Shown: positions 1 through 10,390, counted from the first letter of the stretch. The stretch is DNA of 50,003 nt from an uncultured bacterium (GCA_903854195.1 CAINVO010000034.1:1-50003), one strand, 5' to 3'. Numbers and translations are program-made. The notes: a model not told the origin generated them from the letters alone.

Positions 1-2438
1 AGTGATTTCACAAGTCCCTCCTACTATTCCTCCTACTGAGTATTGTAGTGAACATGTGTTGTTTGAAACAAATTTTGTTGTTGCTTTAAGTATTAGTCCT
101 GCTGGGTTTGTTGAACCGTTGTTTCCGGTGTTGGTTCCGTTACCATTTCCATTGTTATTAGTGTTCTGACATTCAGACACCCCCGTGCTTGAAGTCTGAC
201 ATTCAGAACCTGGAGAACATGAATCTACAATGTTTCCACAGCTGTCTACTACGTCACCGTTACTACAGGTATTTTGTCCACCTGCTGTTGGGCAGGTTGT
301 ATCTGGTTGGCAACTTAGTACACCAGCATCATCTGCCTGACATGAATTACCTGTTCCACAGATAGATATTGTGTTACCACAACTATCTACGATGTTACCA
401 TTGCTGCAGGCTTCTTGGCCAGACAAAGGTACGCAAGAATCAGTAACATTAAGTGTCCAATACCCTGAAGCAGATGCAAAAGGCGAACGCCAAATAATAT
501 TTGTAAAATTATACCAAGGTGGAACAGGATGATTTTCTTTAAAACCACTTGCATTTGAATTTTTCTTGCAGGTACCAGCTAGAGAATTTGAAAAACTACC
601 ATTTGAACTATAACCACACAACCAGCCAGATAAAGGCCAATAATCATTTACTGCTAAATTTAATTTTACTTTTCCTACCTGATCTGGAGCCACAAAATCC
701 CCCATGTACAGGTCGTAGTAAACAGTATACTTATGAATATGAAGGGTTGGATCAAAAGCATCAACTAATTTTGTTTTATCGAGGCTTCCTGCTTGTCCAC
801 CAGCTAATGACCAAGTTGCATCAATATAATCTGGAGTATTTTCACATGCATACATGGAAACGGTTGCATTACCTGGAAATGATTCCCCTTTTCCTATAAC
901 ACTTGGAATATTTCCGGTGACATAAACAGGCATACTGCTCTTGTATTGTTTTGTATAAACAAAACTATCCGCATTAACCTGAGTAAAAGCAAGACATAGT
1001 CCCAAAATCAAAGCAAGAATAATCAAAGCGATTGCAATCTTTTTTTTCTTTAAAAAAACAGCAACAATTGCGAGAATAATAATGATAGCTAGAGAAACAA
1101 AACCTATCACCCTTGAGATAGAACCTCTTTCACTCTGTCCAAAACCATACTGAGAAAAAGTTCCAATGGCTTTTTTAACAACTCCGTCCTTATCGTAAAC
1201 AACATTTCCTTTATAACTAAAAGTACTTGACCCTGTCACAATGGAAACTTCAGCGACCAAACTATTTGAATCTCCAGTCAATGGAATGGCCATTGCTACA
1301 AAACCAGCTATATTAATAGGTGTATTTTTAATATTTTTCTGACCTACTAAAACGTTATTTTCATTGTAAAGTGATACATTCACATCTGCATTAAATGATT
1401 CAGTTGGAACAGAACTTGAAGCGTCAGAGGGTGACAACAAGGCGGAGTTCAAATTTACCGGTTTTCCCGTATATTTAACGGCAATATCAGCAACTCCCCC
1501 TGTTTTAATTGGAGTTTGATTTGTTACATAAACAGAATCAATATTTGCGATATTTCCACCCATAATAAACCTTGCATACAACTGTGGAATTTTTGATACG
1601 CCATTTGTATCATTCAATGTTACTGATGCAAGGTAAACTCCCGGAGCTAAGTTGTTAGTTGGAATATCTAATGAAAAAAATGTACTAGTAGCTTTTGCAG
1701 ATACTTTTACAGGCTGACCAATAACATCCACCGTCCCAGGTACTGGATTGAAAGCCTTATCCAAAAAGGATATTTTAGGAGTTAAAGTTGATGAGAATTT
1801 TTTAGGATTTATAAAAGTTGCATCAAAAGTTAATCGATCTCCTTGGGTTACGGTCATACCTGTCTGTAAACCTGCTTTAATAATGCCATCACTATTTTCA
1901 AGGGTAAGATTTGCGTCTACTGGCAAAAAGATACTACTACCTGATGTAACTTTTATAGGAGAAACAAACCAACCCAAAGATGCAGCATCTTTTGTTATTA
2001 CACGAACCAAAATACCCACGTGATCCTTATTAGGCAAAACACTTAAATTATAGTTTAATTTTATAGGTAAAGAGCTTTGTCCATCAATGTTCAATGGACC
2101 ATATTTTTTTCAGCATATGTAACTGTAGCAACATGATCTGAATCATCAAGACCAACAACAGAAACGTTGTAGTAAATATCATTTGCCACGTTTCCACCTT
2201 GATTCTTTATTGTAAATGATCCGTTCAAAGTATCCCCTTCTGAGTAGTCTTTTTTATCAAGACTTAAATTAGAAATAAAAACGTTCGGAAGTGCATATAA
2301 ATCTTTCTGAAATTGAGCAATTTCAGAATCCTGATCTGACGTCGGTTCCGTCTGCGCATTTGCTAATTTCACAAACCCAACTGACAATAAAGCACACACT
2401 ACCATACCCAAAAAAACTATTTTTTTATAAATGCTCAT
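1..2438 (-). CDS. Large secreted/membrane surface protein (>810 aa, runs off window start), split by a 1-nt frameshift at an A7 run (2104-2110)
   Basis: ORF 2091..2438 has a signal peptide (MSIYKKIVFLGMVVCALLSVGFVKLANA). A second frame, absent from the ORF track, is stop-free from 2103 to 1 on manual reading: beta-rich region, two hydrophobic helices around KKKK, then Cys-rich repeats (CSNGxxVDSCGN). One added A joins the frames. Confidence 0.85.
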
Positions 2439-2590
2439 TTTTTTAAAATTTACTTAATCTAAATAACTATTATAAATAGAGTACCAAAAACTAGACTTAA
2501 TTAAAATTATAGCATTAAAAATTTTGCCATGCATTTAATACATAGCTTTACTTTTTTAAAAAATCGTCTTTCATTTTAAGACGAACAAAT

Positions 2591-3277
2591 TTATTTAGAA
2601 ATACTTCTCCACTCCTCTATTTTTTTATGGTCGCCAGAGAGAAGAACCTCTGGAACTTTTAGTTTTTTATCTTTATAAACAATAACTTCTGGACGAGTAT
2701 AAACATCTGAGCTTGCATTACGACTCTCTTCAAGTGAGTCTATATTTCCAAGAACACCATCGATACGACGAGATACGGCATCCATAATGATCATGGCTGG
2801 TAGCTCACCCCCCGTTAAAACAAATGGACCCACTGACAAATCCTCCATTTTAAATACTTTTTTTATACGAGCATCAATACCTTCATATCTTCCACAAACA
2901 ATAACGATATCTGAAAATTTTTTAGAATAATTATTTGCTATAGTGTTTGTGAACTGTGTTCCGCCTGGAGACAAAAATAAAATCTTAGTAGTTTTAGTAT
3001 CACTTTTGCTTTTAGTTTTTTTGACCGCTTTTTCTAATGCTTTTATTATTGGTAGCGCTTGCATAACCATACCAGGACCTCCACCATATGGCTTATCATC
3101 TATACGAAGATATGGTTTTTCGTGAGTTTTTTGCTTTTTTGTTGGCTTCACAAAATCTCTAGGGTTGTAAAAAAGTGCTCGGATTTTTTTCTCTTTTTGA
3201 GCCCTAGCCAAAATAGACTCATTTATATATGAGTCAAAGCTTGCTGGAAATAGTGTGATGATGTGAAAGGTTATCAT
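2591..3277 (-). CDS. trmD: tRNA (guanine-N1)-methyltransferase
   Basis: DDKPYGGGPGMV, CGRYEGID, GPFVLTGGELPA, VPEVLLSGDH motifs. Confidence 0.97.
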   Translation of the reverse strand: MITFHIITLFPASFDSYINESILARAQKEKKIRALFYNPRDFVKPTKKQKTHEKPYLRIDDKPYGGGPGMVMQALPIIKALEKAVKKTKSKSDTKTTKILFLSPGGTQFTNTIANNYSKKFSDIVIVCGRYEGIDARIKKVFKMEDLSVGPFVLTGGELPAMIIMDAVSRRIDGVLGNIDSLEESRNASSDVYTRPEVIVYKDKKLKVPEVLLSGDHKKIEEWRSISK

Positions 3278-3330
3278 TTGTTTGTGATGAATATTGTCAT
3301 GTTTTTCAAACTTTGTAAAGGTGTGGTAGG

Positions 3331-3429
3331 CAAAAATAAAACCCTACTTAACGAAACATTCGCTACATCCAGGGAGAACTTGAGTCTTCAGGATGTGGGG
3401 CGAGTGAGTTAAGTAGGGTTTTATTTTTG
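3331..3429. repeat. Long intergenic foldback element (22-bp perfect arms, structured interior)
   Basis: CAAAAATAAAACCCTACTTAAC (3331-3352) is the exact reverse complement of 3408-3429; interior CATTCGC/GCGAGTG and ACATCC/GGATGT also pair. Confidence 0.9.
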
Positions 3430-3433
3430 TATA

Positions 3434-3745
3434 TTACAACTTTAAATCTGCCATTGCTTCGTCTACTGTTTTGATTGTAGGCTCACGCTTTAGACCACCT
3501 TCTGGTTCATTAATTTTTAGGTTTACTCGAGCGTTGTTTTTCATTCCCACAACTCGAAGAAGAGTTCTGATAGCTTTGGCTGTATTTCCTGATCGGCCAA
3601 TAATCTTGCCCATATCAGCACCATCAACAGTTAGGGTTAAAAGCACCCCCATCTCATCAACTGTTCTGTTTATTTTTACTGAATCTGGTGTATCTACAAG
3701 GGCCTTGATAACATAATCCAAAAACTGTGTGTCTAATTCATTCAT
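3434..3745 (-). CDS. khpA: KH-domain RNA-binding protein (KhpA/YlqC family)
   Basis: DMGKIIGRSGNTAKAIRTLL GxxG KH motif; classical rpsP-khpA-trmD context. Confidence 0.92.
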   Translation of the reverse strand: MNELDTQFLDYVIKALVDTPDSVKINRTVDEMGVLLTLTVDGADMGKIIGRSGNTAKAIRTLLRVVGMKNNARVNLKINEPEGGLKREPTIKTVDEAMADLKL

Positions 3746-3808
3746 ATTCTATGTTTGTCTATCAATTTATAATTTGCTAATTATAGCATCACTCCGTAAG
3801 ACGGCAAA

Positions 3809-3831
3809 TGCCCATGCTATTCACATGGGCA
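3809..3831 (-). terminator. Hairpin downstream of rpsP
   Basis: TGCCCATG / CATGGGCA 8-bp inverted repeat; weak U-tract. Confidence 0.45.
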
Positions 3832-3877
3832 CCTAATCGTAAGTATTGAAATACTTAGTAAATATTTAGATTAAAAT

Positions 3878-4417
3878 CTATGCTACTACTTCTGGGTTTG
3901 TATCAGGAGCTACCTCGGTTGCAGCTTCTGCTGTAACTTCAGATGGAGTTTCAGAAGAAACTTCAACAGGGGCAACCGGAGCTTCCTCTACGGGGGCAGC
4001 TTCTACAACAGGTTCAGGTTCTGAAACGGGCGCAACCTCAACTACTGCTTCAACTACCGGTGCTGCAACTGGTGCTGGAGCAACAACAGGAGCTGCTTTT
4101 GGCTGAGCTTTTACCTCTACAACAGGCTCTTCTTTCTTTTCAACAGTCTTCTTTGGAAGAACGTTTATTTTTTTACCTGTAATAACATTGTTTGTAATAA
4201 GAAGATTGTGAACTGTACCAGATGCCTGAGCTCCCTGGGCTAACCAGTGTTTTGCACGGTCGGCATTGATAATAGTAGATCCTTTTCTGCGAAAATCATG
4301 AGAACCAATAGTCTCAAGACTTTTGCCACTTTTTGTACTGTTTTTTGAATCAGTAACTACAAGTCGAAATGTTGGTTCGTGCTTGCGTCCTGTGCGTTGT
4401 AATCGTATTTTTAACAT
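3878..4417 (-). CDS. rpsP: 30S ribosomal protein S16 with long Ala/Pro/Val/Glu-rich C-terminal extension
   Basis: MLKIRLQRTGRKHEPTFRLVV...WLAQGAQASGTV; start reset to ATG 4417, preceded by TTGACC-17-TACTAT. Confidence 0.95.
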   Translation of the reverse strand: MLKIRLQRTGRKHEPTFRLVVTDSKNSTKSGKSLETIGSHDFRRKGSTIINADRAKHWLAQGAQASGTVHNLLITNNVITGKKINVLPKKTVEKKEEPVVEVKAQPKAAPVVAPAPVAAPVVEAVVEVAPVSEPEPVVEAAPVEEAPVAPVEVSSETPSEVTAEAATEVAPDTNPEVVA

Positions 4418-4491
4418 TGTCCGCCAATAGTAGCAGATGAATAGATATTGGTCAACGGTCGTGCTATAGTGAGGCGCATAACACAACACAC

Positions 4492-6561
4492 ATGAACAAA
4501 AAGCTAATAAAACATGCAGAAACCATGAAAGGCATCATAAGTATCAACTCTAAAGGGGCAGGCTTTGTAGCACCACTTGAGGCTGATCAAAAGGTTAATA
4601 AAAAGCGTTTAAAAGATGATGATTTGATGATACAACCAGAAATGTTGGGCACAGCCTTCCACGGTGACGAGGTTGAAGCCGAAATCATAGGGAAAAATCG
4701 CTACGGCCGCAATGAAGGAAAAATCACTGAAATCACAAAAAGAGCTCGTACAAAATTTGTAGGAACACTCGAAAGCGCAAAAAACGAAAATAATGCAGAA
4801 AACGCGCCCTTGAAAAATTCATCCTCTAATTTTTTCCTTGTAGCTGATGATAAAAGAGTTTATGTTGATATTTTTGTCGAGACAGGAAAGGATGAAAAAA
4901 ACAAACTCATTGAACAAAAAGCAAAAGAAGGTTACAAAGCCCAAATCGAAATAATTGATTGGAAAGGAGAAAATGGTCATCCAACTGGACACATATTAGA
5001 AGTACTTGGAAAAAAGGGTGACAACAATGTTGAAATGCATTCAATCGTACTCGAAAAAGGTTTTGAGATTGGTTTTCCAGATGAAGTTATAGCAGAAGCT
5101 AATGCTTTAGAAAAAAGTGAGAAGCCTATAAAAGAAAAGGAAATTTCTGAACGTAGAGACATGAGGAATGTTACAACATTCACAATTGACCCTGTAGATG
5201 CAAAAGACTTTGATGATGCAATTTCATACCGTGAACTTGGTTGGAATGAAGATCATAAATGTGAAATCATTGAAATCGGTGTTCACATTGCAGATGTGTC
5301 TCACTATGTCCGTCCAGGAACAGCACTTGATACTGAAGCACATAAACGAGCTTTTTCTGTATACCTTGTTGATCGTACCATTCCAATGCTCCCTGAAGTT
5401 TTGTCTAATGACCTATGTAGTTTAAATCCACACGAAGATAAACTTGCATACTCATCTATTTTTGAGATAAAAAAGCCCACAAACAACCACCACCCCTTAG
5501 AAATAGTTTCCAAATGGTTTGGACGTACAGTTATCAACTCAGATCGAAGATTTTCATACGAAGATGCTCAAGGAGTAATTGATGCGAAGCAGGGAGATTT
5601 TGTAAAAGAACTTTTGGCTCTGAACGATATTTCCCAAAATCTTCGTAAAGAAAAATTTGATAAAGGTGCTATTGATTTTGAAACATCCGAAGTAAAGTTT
5701 CGCTTGGATGAAACTGGTCGCCCTATTGAAGTTTACAAAAAAGAAAGACTTGAAACCCACAAGCTAGTTGAAGAATACATGCTCTTGGCCAACCGTGAAG
5801 TAGCTGAGTACATATACAAAGCCACTGAAGACAAGCAAGGTGCTGCAGGTATATATCGTATTCATGATGTGCCGCAAGAAGAAAAAATTGCAGAACTAGC
5901 TATATTCCTAAAGGCTATGGGATACGACATAACCCTAACAAAAGGAACAATTTCTTCAAAAGAAATAAATCTTTTACTTAAAAAAATAGAAGGAAAAGCC
6001 GAAGAGGCCCTAATCAAAACAGCAACAATCCGATCCATGGCCAAAGCTATTTATTCACCAGTAAATATTGGTCACTTTGGTTTGGCATTTACTTTCTACA
6101 CACACTTTACATCCCCTATTCGTAGATATGCGGATCTTCTAGTTCATCGTATTTTGCAAAATCATTTAACTGGTGGAAAAATTTCTCAAGATGAATTTGC
6201 CAAGTACAAACGAATAGCTGAACAATGTTCTGCCCAAGAAATAAAAGCTGCGGAAGCAGAGCGTACGTCTATCAAGCTCAAACAAGTAGAATATATGAGT
6301 GAAAGAGTTGGCCAAATTTTCGAAGGGACAATCTCTGGTGTGACTGAGTGGGGTATGTATGTTGAAGAAAAAAATACTCGATGCGAAGGTATGGTTCGTC
6401 TACGGGATATGAGCGGTGACTACTTCTCACTTGATGAAAAGAAATACGCCATTGTTGGTGAGAAAACAAAAAAAGTTTACTCCCTTGGCGATTCAGTACG
6501 ATTTAAAGTACTATCCGCTGATATTGAAAGAAAATCACTTGATTATGTTTTAGTTGATTAA
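4492..6561 (+). CDS. rnr: Ribonuclease R (RNase II family)
   Basis: TIDPVDAKDFDDA, HIADVSHYV, YTHFTSPIRRYADL, C-terminal S1 domain. Confidence 0.95.
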   Translation: MNKKLIKHAETMKGIISINSKGAGFVAPLEADQKVNKKRLKDDDLMIQPEMLGTAFHGDEVEAEIIGKNRYGRNEGKITEITKRARTKFVGTLESAKNENNAENAPLKNSSSNFFLVADDKRVYVDIFVETGKDEKNKLIEQKAKEGYKAQIEIIDWKGENGHPTGHILEVLGKKGDNNVEMHSIVLEKGFEIGFPDEVIAEANALEKSEKPIKEKEISERRDMRNVTTFTIDPVDAKDFDDAISYRELGWNEDHKCEIIEIGVHIADVSHYVRPGTALDTEAHKRAFSVYLVDRTIPMLPEVLSNDLCSLNPHEDKLAYSSIFEIKKPTNNHHPLEIVSKWFGRTVINSDRRFSYEDAQGVIDAKQGDFVKELLALNDISQNLRKEKFDKGAIDFETSEVKFRLDETGRPIEVYKKERLETHKLVEEYMLLANREVAEYIYKATEDKQGAAGIYRIHDVPQEEKIAELAIFLKAMGYDITLTKGTISSKEINLLLKKIEGKAEEALIKTATIRSMAKAIYSPVNIGHFGLAFTFYTHFTSPIRRYADLLVHRILQNHLTGGKISQDEFAKYKRIAEQCSAQEIKAAEAERTSIKLKQVEYMSERVGQIFEGTISGVTEWGMYVEEKNTRCEGMVRLRDMSGDYFSLDEKKYAIVGEKTKKVYSLGDSVRFKVLSADIERKSLDYVLVD

Positions 6562-6574
6562 GATTTAAAATAAT

Positions 6575-6610
6575 AAAACCCCCGTTGCACCTAAGTGTAA
6601 CGGGGGTTTT
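6575..6610. terminator. Bidirectional intrinsic terminator between convergent rnr and orphan ORF
   Basis: AAAACCCCCGTTGCAC-CTAA-GTGTAACGGGGGTTTT. Confidence 0.85.
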
Positions 6611-6651
6611 TAAAAGATCCCCTTTCTCTATTTTTTGATTTAAATAACAAC

Positions 6652-7230
6652 TCAAGAAATACTCCCAGAGGCAGCTTCAAGTTGTGTCATAGAAACCGGA
6701 ACCTGAGTTGGTAAAAATGGAACCAAATCCTTTACGTCATAAAGCTCTAGGCAATTAACATAAAAGGATGGTCTCCCCTCCTCAACGACGGGCACTGACA
6801 TCATAGGGAGATGCCAGTAAAAACTAACTGGATCCTCCACCGGATGTTCCCATTTTTCTGAAAACTCAGATGGGCAAACTGAACCAACTATTCCTTGAAA
6901 AACGACGGCAACTAAGATTTCTGCTTCATCGAATGTCAGTTTGATTGACCCTTCAACCATACGTATTTTGGAAAACACATACGATCTATTTGTCGCCACC
7001 ACTATCGACACAATAATCAACTCATGTGCCTGCCGCCCATGAAGTGCCATATTTTTTGCAAGAAAATGCAACTTTTTTGGAACATCAAAAGCGTTCATGT
7101 AGATTGTTAGTTGTGTCCTGGGTACGTCTTTGGCTTCGGACTTGGCCGATGTGGAATCTCTCGATGCCAGCCTGTTCTTACCCACACACAAAAGGGCTAA
7201 TGCCGCATTAAATATTTTTTCAAAAATCAT
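6652..7230 (-). CDS. Hypothetical protein
   Basis: 192-aa ORF filling the smc-rnr gap, upstream TGG-TATAGT and downstream terminator; no recognisable motif. Confidence 0.55.
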   Translation of the reverse strand: MIFEKIFNAALALLCVGKNRLASRDSTSAKSEAKDVPRTQLTIYMNAFDVPKKLHFLAKNMALHGRQAHELIIVSIVVATNRSYVFSKIRMVEGSIKLTFDEAEILVAVVFQGIVGSVCPSEFSEKWEHPVEDPVSFYWHLPMMSVPVVEEGRPSFYVNCLELYDVKDLVPFLPTQVPVSMTQLEAASGSIS

Positions 7231-7259
7231 TTAGAAAAGTCTAAATGAACTATACCATA

Positions 7260-9578
7260 TTATTTAGCAACTGTCACTGCCTCATCGAAAGCAATCGAGA
7301 GGAGTTTTGAAGCACCCTCTTTACCCATAGTCACCCCAAAAATACTGCCGGCTCGAGACATAGTCTCTCTATTATGTGTAATCAAGATAAGTTGAGAATA
7401 TTTTGCCAAATTTCCAATCATGTCTCCATATTTACGTGAGTTAGCCTCATCAAGCGCAGCATCTGTTTCATCAAGAATAATAAAAGGTGGTGGATTAACT
7501 TGAGAAATAGCAAAAAGAAGTGCAATAGATGTAAGGGCGCGTTCCCCGCCTGAAAGCATGACAAGACCTTTTATTTTTTTTCGCGGCAAAGAAACCTCTA
7601 TATCTACACCTTCTTCTGAGTCTTCTTCCTCTTCCACGTTTGAACTGTCTTCATCACCCAAGTCACCTACTCCTGACAAATCATCCGAAATATTTTCATC
7701 ATCTAAACGTGCGCGACGTTTACGTTTCTTTTCTTTGACAACAGTAAGTGCCGCATAACCTCCCCCAAACATTAGATTAAAGAAAGAATTAAACTGGTCG
7801 TTTATTTTTTTTACTCCAATTTTAAATTCTGTATCGAGTTTCTGTTCGAGTTCCAAAATAAGTTGTTCTAGTGAGCTTGCAGAACTAATAAGATCTTCCA
7901 GTTCTTTTGCAAGAAAATTATCACGTTCCTTTGCCTCTTGAAACTCCTTCATTGTTTCATCCGTACTACCTACGCCCGCCTCCTCTAGACGAATCTTAAT
8001 TTTTTCCAACGCTCGACGCCTCTCTATCTGTAAGTGTCTATCTTCATTTAAAATTTCCGAAAACTCCGAAGCACCAAGATCTATACGCTCATAATTCATT
8101 GATTCTCTACCAGCAATAAAAGCAGCCTCTCCAAGCTCACGTTTAAAGTCTTCTTCCTCAATTGCAATTTTTTCCTCACGTACTTTTAGTGCCTGTACTA
8201 CAACGTACAACTCATTCTGCCGGCTCATAATTTTCAAAATAGCTTTCTCGGCTTCTACATTTTTATCTTTTCCACGCTCAATTTCGAGCTTTATAGAATT
8301 ATACGCCTCCCCTGCCTCACGCTCTTCTTCTCTAATTGTTGAAATTTTTATCTCCACCAAAACTTTCTCTTCTTCTAGTTTTGAAAGTTCAATTTCATAC
8401 TCATTATTTTCTGGGACTTCATCTTGTTCGTGATGTCTTTTAATAAAACTCCCCAAAATTTCTCTAACCGACGCAAGTAAATTTTTTACAATAGATGAAT
8501 CCTCTCCTCGATCAACCGATTGATCGATCTCACTGAGTTTACCTTCCACATCTTTAGACAAACTCTCAACATCTCGCAAATAAACTGTACGATTATTTTC
8601 TCTGACCAACTCGTCACTTTTTTTTGCTATGGCACGTTTTAGATATGAAATTTCTCCTTCGATTCGTCCGAGCTCTCGTGTGGTTCCATCCTTTGCAGAA
8701 CGTATAGACTGAACTCTTGACTCAAGAGAAATAAGCTCGGGACTACGTGAGTCTTGTTGTGAGGTTTCAGCAATAGTTTTTTTCAAAATTTCGAGTTCCT
8801 CCGCAAGCTGAGCAAGCTCATGATGAGGCTCCTTTTTTTCATCAGAAATAACAGCTTTTTCTTTTAGAATATACGCATCTTCACGTCTAAAATATTCCTT
8901 ATACAAAGCAACAAGTTCAAGCTTCATAGCCATAGCTCTTTCTATTTTTTCAACTTGTTTCTTTAGAAATTTTATATGTGGAGCAAGTTCACGTCTAAGT
9001 GATTCAACTTGCTTCACGTTCTCACGAGTCTTTTCTAACTTTTTTAAACTCTCTTCTTTTTTATATTGGTAAAGCTTTAGACCAAGAGCATCCTCAATCA
9101 TAGATCGCCTTTCACGAATGTTTGAATTTAACATCTTGTCTGCCTCGCCTTGAGAAATAATATGATGTCCTGAGGCGCCAATATGAGCAGAAGCCAGGAG
9201 TTCAATGACATCACGCAAACGAACAGAACTACCATTTATTAAATATTCATTAATACCATCTCTATGAACAACACGCTCGATAGTTACTTCATCAAAATCA
9301 ATATTTATCATTCGTCGACTATTATCAAATGTCACTTTTACCGATGCTCTATTAGCTCTCCCTCCCTCCCCTGCACCATTAAAAATTAGGTCCTCACCCT
9401 TTTTACCACGCAATGATTTTATAGATTGTTCCCCCAAGACAAAACGAAAAGCCTCGGCAATGTTTGATTTGCCTGAACCATTAGGACCAACTATGGCAGA
9501 GATTGGTGAACCAAAAACCAATTCGCTTTTTTTTGCAAAAGATTTGAAACCAGCAATGTCTAGAGACTTGAGATACAT
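7260..9578 (-). CDS. smc: Short SMC-family ATPase (772 aa)
   Basis: GFKSF, Walker A GPNGSGKS, Q-loop ISQG, LSGGE signature, LDETDAALD, LITH; follows rnc as in the usual rnc-smc arrangement. Confidence 0.9.
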   Translation of the reverse strand: MYLKSLDIAGFKSFAKKSELVFGSPISAIVGPNGSGKSNIAEAFRFVLGEQSIKSLRGKKGEDLIFNGAGEGGRANRASVKVTFDNSRRMINIDFDEVTIERVVHRDGINEYLINGSSVRLRDVIELLASAHIGASGHHIISQGEADKMLNSNIRERRSMIEDALGLKLYQYKKEESLKKLEKTRENVKQVESLRRELAPHIKFLKKQVEKIERAMAMKLELVALYKEYFRREDAYILKEKAVISDEKKEPHHELAQLAEELEILKKTIAETSQQDSRSPELISLESRVQSIRSAKDGTTRELGRIEGEISYLKRAIAKKSDELVRENNRTVYLRDVESLSKDVEGKLSEIDQSVDRGEDSSIVKNLLASVREILGSFIKRHHEQDEVPENNEYEIELSKLEEEKVLVEIKISTIREEEREAGEAYNSIKLEIERGKDKNVEAEKAILKIMSRQNELYVVVQALKVREEKIAIEEEDFKRELGEAAFIAGRESMNYERIDLGASEFSEILNEDRHLQIERRRALEKIKIRLEEAGVGSTDETMKEFQEAKERDNFLAKELEDLISSASSLEQLILELEQKLDTEFKIGVKKINDQFNSFFNLMFGGGYAALTVVKEKKRKRRARLDDENISDDLSGVGDLGDEDSSNVEEEEDSEEGVDIEVSLPRKKIKGLVMLSGGERALTSIALLFAISQVNPPPFIILDETDAALDEANSRKYGDMIGNLAKYSQLILITHNRETMSRAGSIFGVTMGKEGASKLLSIAFDEAVTVAK

Positions 9579-9620
9579 GTTTAATATATTATCAAAATTT
9601 CATGAAATCTCCCAGCAATA

Positions 9621-9683
9621 AGATAAGGAGTGTCTCTTGAACGGGTTAGGTTTTACGCTTAGTGAAAGAGACACTTCTTATCT
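9621..9683 (+). repeat. Foldback element family B, copy 1 (degenerate core)
   Basis: 18-bp arms (17/18) around GAACGGGTTAGGTTTTACGCTTAGTGA; ends 2 nt from rnc stop. Confidence 0.85.
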
Positions 9684-9685
9684 GG

Positions 9686-10372
9686 CTACCAACTCATTTT
9701 ATCAAGTGCCTTGCGAGCTGCTTCTTGTTCAGCTTCTTGTTTTGATTTTCCACTACCTTCAATAATTTTTTCGTCGTTTACAAAAAGCCCAATAGTAAAT
9801 TGTTTGTTATGATCTGGACCTGTCTCGCGTACAGTTTTATACAAAGGAGTTGCTCCAAGTTTTTCTTGTGCCTTTTCCTGAAATAAACTTTTAGAATCTA
9901 TGAAAAGTCTTTTTTCTATAATGTCTTCTATCAAATTAAAAAGTTGGCTGCCAATAAAATCTCGAGCTGCGTCATATCCCTGATCAAGATAAATTGCACC
10001 GATAACTGCTTCAAAAGTATTTGCGAGGATATAAAGTCTAGCGCGTCCTGTATCTTTGGCCTCACCACGAGACAAAAGTAAAAGATCATTCATTCCAATT
10101 TTTTCCGCTGCAATAGCGAGAGTATTTGCATTCACAAGTGACGAGCGGAATGCCGTGAGCTCACCCTCAGGCTTTGTCTCATACTTACCAAAAAGATAAT
10201 CAGTAACCACAAGCTCTAGCACGGCATCACCCAAAAATTCTAGACGTTCATTGTGCTCAAGTTTAAGCTGTTTATTCTCATTTATATAGGAACGATGAAT
10301 AAAGGCCTGTTTTAATAGGTCTTTATTTTTGAATGTTGTTTTGATATTTTTCTGAAAAACTGATAGGTCCAT
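9686..10372 (-). CDS. rnc: Ribonuclease III
   Basis: HNERLEFLGDAVL signature, C-terminal dsRBD (GKSKQEAEQEAA). Confidence 0.98.
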   Translation of the reverse strand: MDLSVFQKNIKTTFKNKDLLKQAFIHRSYINENKQLKLEHNERLEFLGDAVLELVVTDYLFGKYETKPEGELTAFRSSLVNANTLAIAAEKIGMNDLLLLSRGEAKDTGRARLYILANTFEAVIGAIYLDQGYDAARDFIGSQLFNLIEDIIEKRLFIDSKSLFQEKAQEKLGATPLYKTVRETGPDHNKQFTIGLFVNDEKIIEGSGKSKQEAEQEAARKALDKMSW

Positions 10373-10390
10373 GGTAGTTGTGAAATAGGG

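Noticed and set aside
2091-2093. TGA readthrough or alternative genetic code 25
   Set aside because: Reading through TGA hits TAA nine codons later; the continuation is in another frame, and core genes translate fully in the standard code
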